The notes under the pieces were generated by a model. It had not been told where the DNA came from, did no database searches, and saw only the letters and a program-made list of their open reading frames with translations. From the NCBI GenBank assembly GCA_044892525.1, contig CM097886.1:82336001-82400000 (forward strand): 64,000 nucleotides of DNA, read 5' to 3'. A program made the position numbers and the translations under genes. The stretch is from Schmidtea polychroa (lineage: Eukaryota). This document shows positions 61,300-64,000 of this stretch, one piece after another (positions within the stretch are counted from its first letter, which is position 1; every line of letters starts with the position of its first letter).

Positions 61300-62200
61300 C
61301 AGTAGCTGCTCGGTTAATTCCACACGAATTCTTGCGATTCAATAAAATATGGTGTGGATGAAAAAATATATAAAATCATTTGTTTGTTAATGCAATCATG
61401 TAGAGTCATCTGCTTTAATTGTTTAACCCTCCAGAGGGCGCGTTGGGTCTCACAGACCCAGACGATCTTTTTTTGCGTAAAAAAAATGTAAAAGCTTGTT
61501 TATAAAGTAATAAATCTTTTAAAATTTAATATTGCTTTATTTTGCCAATCAATAAGTCTATAAATCATGAGAAAACAATATTGGGTCTGTGAGACCCAAC
61601 GCGCGCATCCATGTAATTTTTTTAGCGCGCGCTCTGCAGAGTTAATATTATTACTAAAACTGACCGGATTTGACTTTTGAATCGACATTTGTAGGCGAAA
61701 TAGATCCATAGTGCATCAATTAATTTCTTCAGCTGGTATAATCTTGTTGTCACGCAATGCTTGAAAATCAATTGACAGAGACATTACTTTGTTGATGACT
61801 TCATCTAAACAAATATTTTGAACAATGACCACTGAAAGCTGAGGATTTTGATCAAAATCTTCTCCGGGAATTGTTTCTTTAAGAGCTGTTCACCTATTTT
61901 TGCGTTATCAATGATGTCAAAAATATCTTCAAATATTCTTGATACTCAACACATGATTCATCATCGATATTATATATTTGACGTGATTCATATTGCACTA
62001 TACTCATATCAATCTCACCACTAATAAAGAAGTTGCTTAAAGCTGATATTACCATTAAAAAATGTTCGGGTTCTACCGTCAATTGTATTTTGATTGACTT
62101 TTCAATAACATAGTAATCTCGGGCTATTTTCCTTGCCTGTGGATGAGTTGGAGATGACAAAAAACCAATTATTTCTAATCTTATCAGATCCTTTCACCTT
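61300..62200 (-). mobile_element. Decayed pogo/Tigger 3' fragment
   Basis: Terminal TA-CAGTAGCTGCTCGGTTA at 61298-61316; remnants resemble the third-D region (D..VIEKSIK) and the C-terminal KQMTLHD. Confidence 0.45.
61427..61641. mobile_element. piggyBac-type MITE
   Basis: TTAA TSD on both sides; imperfect 16-bp TIR; perfect internal IR CGCGTTGGGTCTCACAGACCCA. Confidence 0.85.
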
Positions 62201-62282
62201 TTTGATATTCAAAGGTAATTAAATACCCTATTAAAATCAAATAATCGATCAATGAATGGTCAAAAGCCACTATTTTCTAGAC

Positions 62283-62400
62283 CAGTGGTTCTAACCTGGG
62301 AGCGATCGCCCCCAAGTGGGTGAATTTGGTAATTTTTTTTTGGGGGGGTGATAAATAAATGGGGGTGATTGGTATTCAAAGGGGAGGATTATTTTATTTA
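62283..62400 (+). mobile_element. Left end of a Charlie-type hAT element
   Basis: CAGTGGTTCTAACC (~CAGTGGTTCTCAACC) after a TCTAGAC-type target; no right end found. Confidence 0.45.
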
Positions 62401-64000
62401 AGAGTTACCTTAAAGCCAGTATTTCAAAAGGTAAATGCAATGTTTCTTAAACTCACGAGTTTCTATTTCAATTTACTTTATCTTCACTTCTACTTAGATT
62501 ATAGATCGATATAAAATCAAAATAAAGTCAATAGTAAAAACATAAAATATTTTACTTTTTCAATATGTACAAATGATATTTAATATCTTAATTTATAATA
62601 ATAATTATTAATATTGATAATCTTTAAACTAATTTATCGATAGCGGAATCATTTATAAAAATATAATTCAAATAAATATTAAATATTAAAATATTATGAA
62701 ATTAAAATAATAAAACTGGTTTATTATTTACACTTTACTTCAAATTAAAATAATGACATACAATGAAAATGAAATGGGAACGGGATCGATGGGTAACAGT
62801 TATATAGTTGTTGGGTTATTACTGTTAAACTCGTTACTGATTCTGACTCCTCGTGCTCTTTGTCTCAGTTATCAAGATAGAATCCAACACAAAACACTTT
62901 ATTAAATATCAATAAGTTTTGATACTAAGTTCTCAATTACACTTTTCAGTTCTGCACTCTTTAATAAAATCGAAAGTCGATGACCCTAAGGGAGACTGCT
63001 TTATTCAGATTTGCCAATGGTTTTTATTTTTGTAAAATTTGAATTGTCTAAGCTTCTTGCTCTTTAATCGCGATATAGTACTTTCCTCTCTTCGACCAAC
63101 TGGCATTTGCCTAACATTGTCATTTACTTTTATATTGCTACTCATCCCGTTTTATCCGCACAATTAAATCAGCACCGACGAAAATTTGGAAAAACAAATA
63201 ACGTTTTGCTAACCCTAATAATTTTGAAAGGAAGTCTAATTATATTATCCACTTGTTTACCGATCGGGTATATCTGTGTCCGACTCAACGCTCGATATCT
63301 GTACATACAAATTTCCCACGGAATAAGTCATTTAGATTTTTTTTCGAAATTTTTAATTAAATATGAACTTTTGAAAGTTTTCAAATTTTATAGTTTTGCA
63401 CATTCAAACTTATTTTGAGCTTATTTTATACGAACTCCAAAACATAATTAACATAGAAAATAATGAAAAATCTTACAGAATTGAAGGTTTTCCACAATTG
63501 CATTTAACATCAGACTGAGTACTATAAATGGTTTGAGGAGTATTAGATGGATTTATATTTGTGCTACTGCGATGGGGACTATAATGAAATCAAATTGATT
63601 TTATAACAATGAAATTTAGTTTACATTTGAGTTTTAACTTCACCACTTTCAACCCAAGCAAACATCTGGCACAATGAACTGGAACACGTATAAAAAAATT
63701 TGTCTAAAATTAAAACAGATATAATATGTCATATTACCATTAATAGTGGTGTACATAGGGTATCATATACAAGCGGCAAACTTAAATCCGGCTATCCTTT
63801 ATTTCAAAATAATTAAAAGTTTGGGTTTGTTAATGAAGATACTAAGTGTCATATTACCCAGATTTCTCGAATAAAAGATGCTGGAAAAAGGTTTTAGTGT
63901 CCCACAATTAAGAAGGCTCATGGAAATCGATGCTATCAAAATGGTGCTCGATTAGACAGAAATAAATGTCACCGCTGGCACACTTTTAGTAATCCTAACT

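Overview
This is very AT-rich, TE-saturated eukaryotic DNA, probably from an animal (tiny 34-47 nt introns and divergent housekeeping proteins suggest a reduced invertebrate or parasite; the taxon is inference only). It contains five N-gaps (24846-25003, 30649-30796, 31539-31704, 47032-47164, 51681-51810). Two host genes are recognisable: an intronless SF3B6/p14 (9668-10048, minus) and a multi-exon TOP3A (exons 1-8 at 54242-48000, minus, with a probable terminal GRF exon at 36973-36835). The rest is mobile DNA: two full-length Ty3/gypsy elements with very short LTRs, PBS, PPT and 5-bp TSDs; a near-intact pogo/Tigger plus an inverted partial copy; many hAT, pogo, Merlin and piggyBac MITEs with verifiable TSDs; decayed R2-like and APE-LINE fragments; Polinton-like terminal repeats; and satellites. 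The most unusual signals are four: (1) two divergent copies of an unclassified GC-rich cassette (8.4-9.1 kb on +, 20.6-22.2 kb on -) encoding a small AT-hook protein behind a splice acceptor and ending in a conserved hairpin-bearing non-coding block, with one copy also carrying a coiled-coil exon; (2) a head-to-head inverted pair of Penelope-type hammerhead ribozyme cores just downstream of TOP3A; (3) a second TOP3A-like GRF exon upstream of TOP3A exon 1; (4) a cold-shock-domain/actin chimeric pseudogene. No CRISPR, rRNA or tRNA genes were found.
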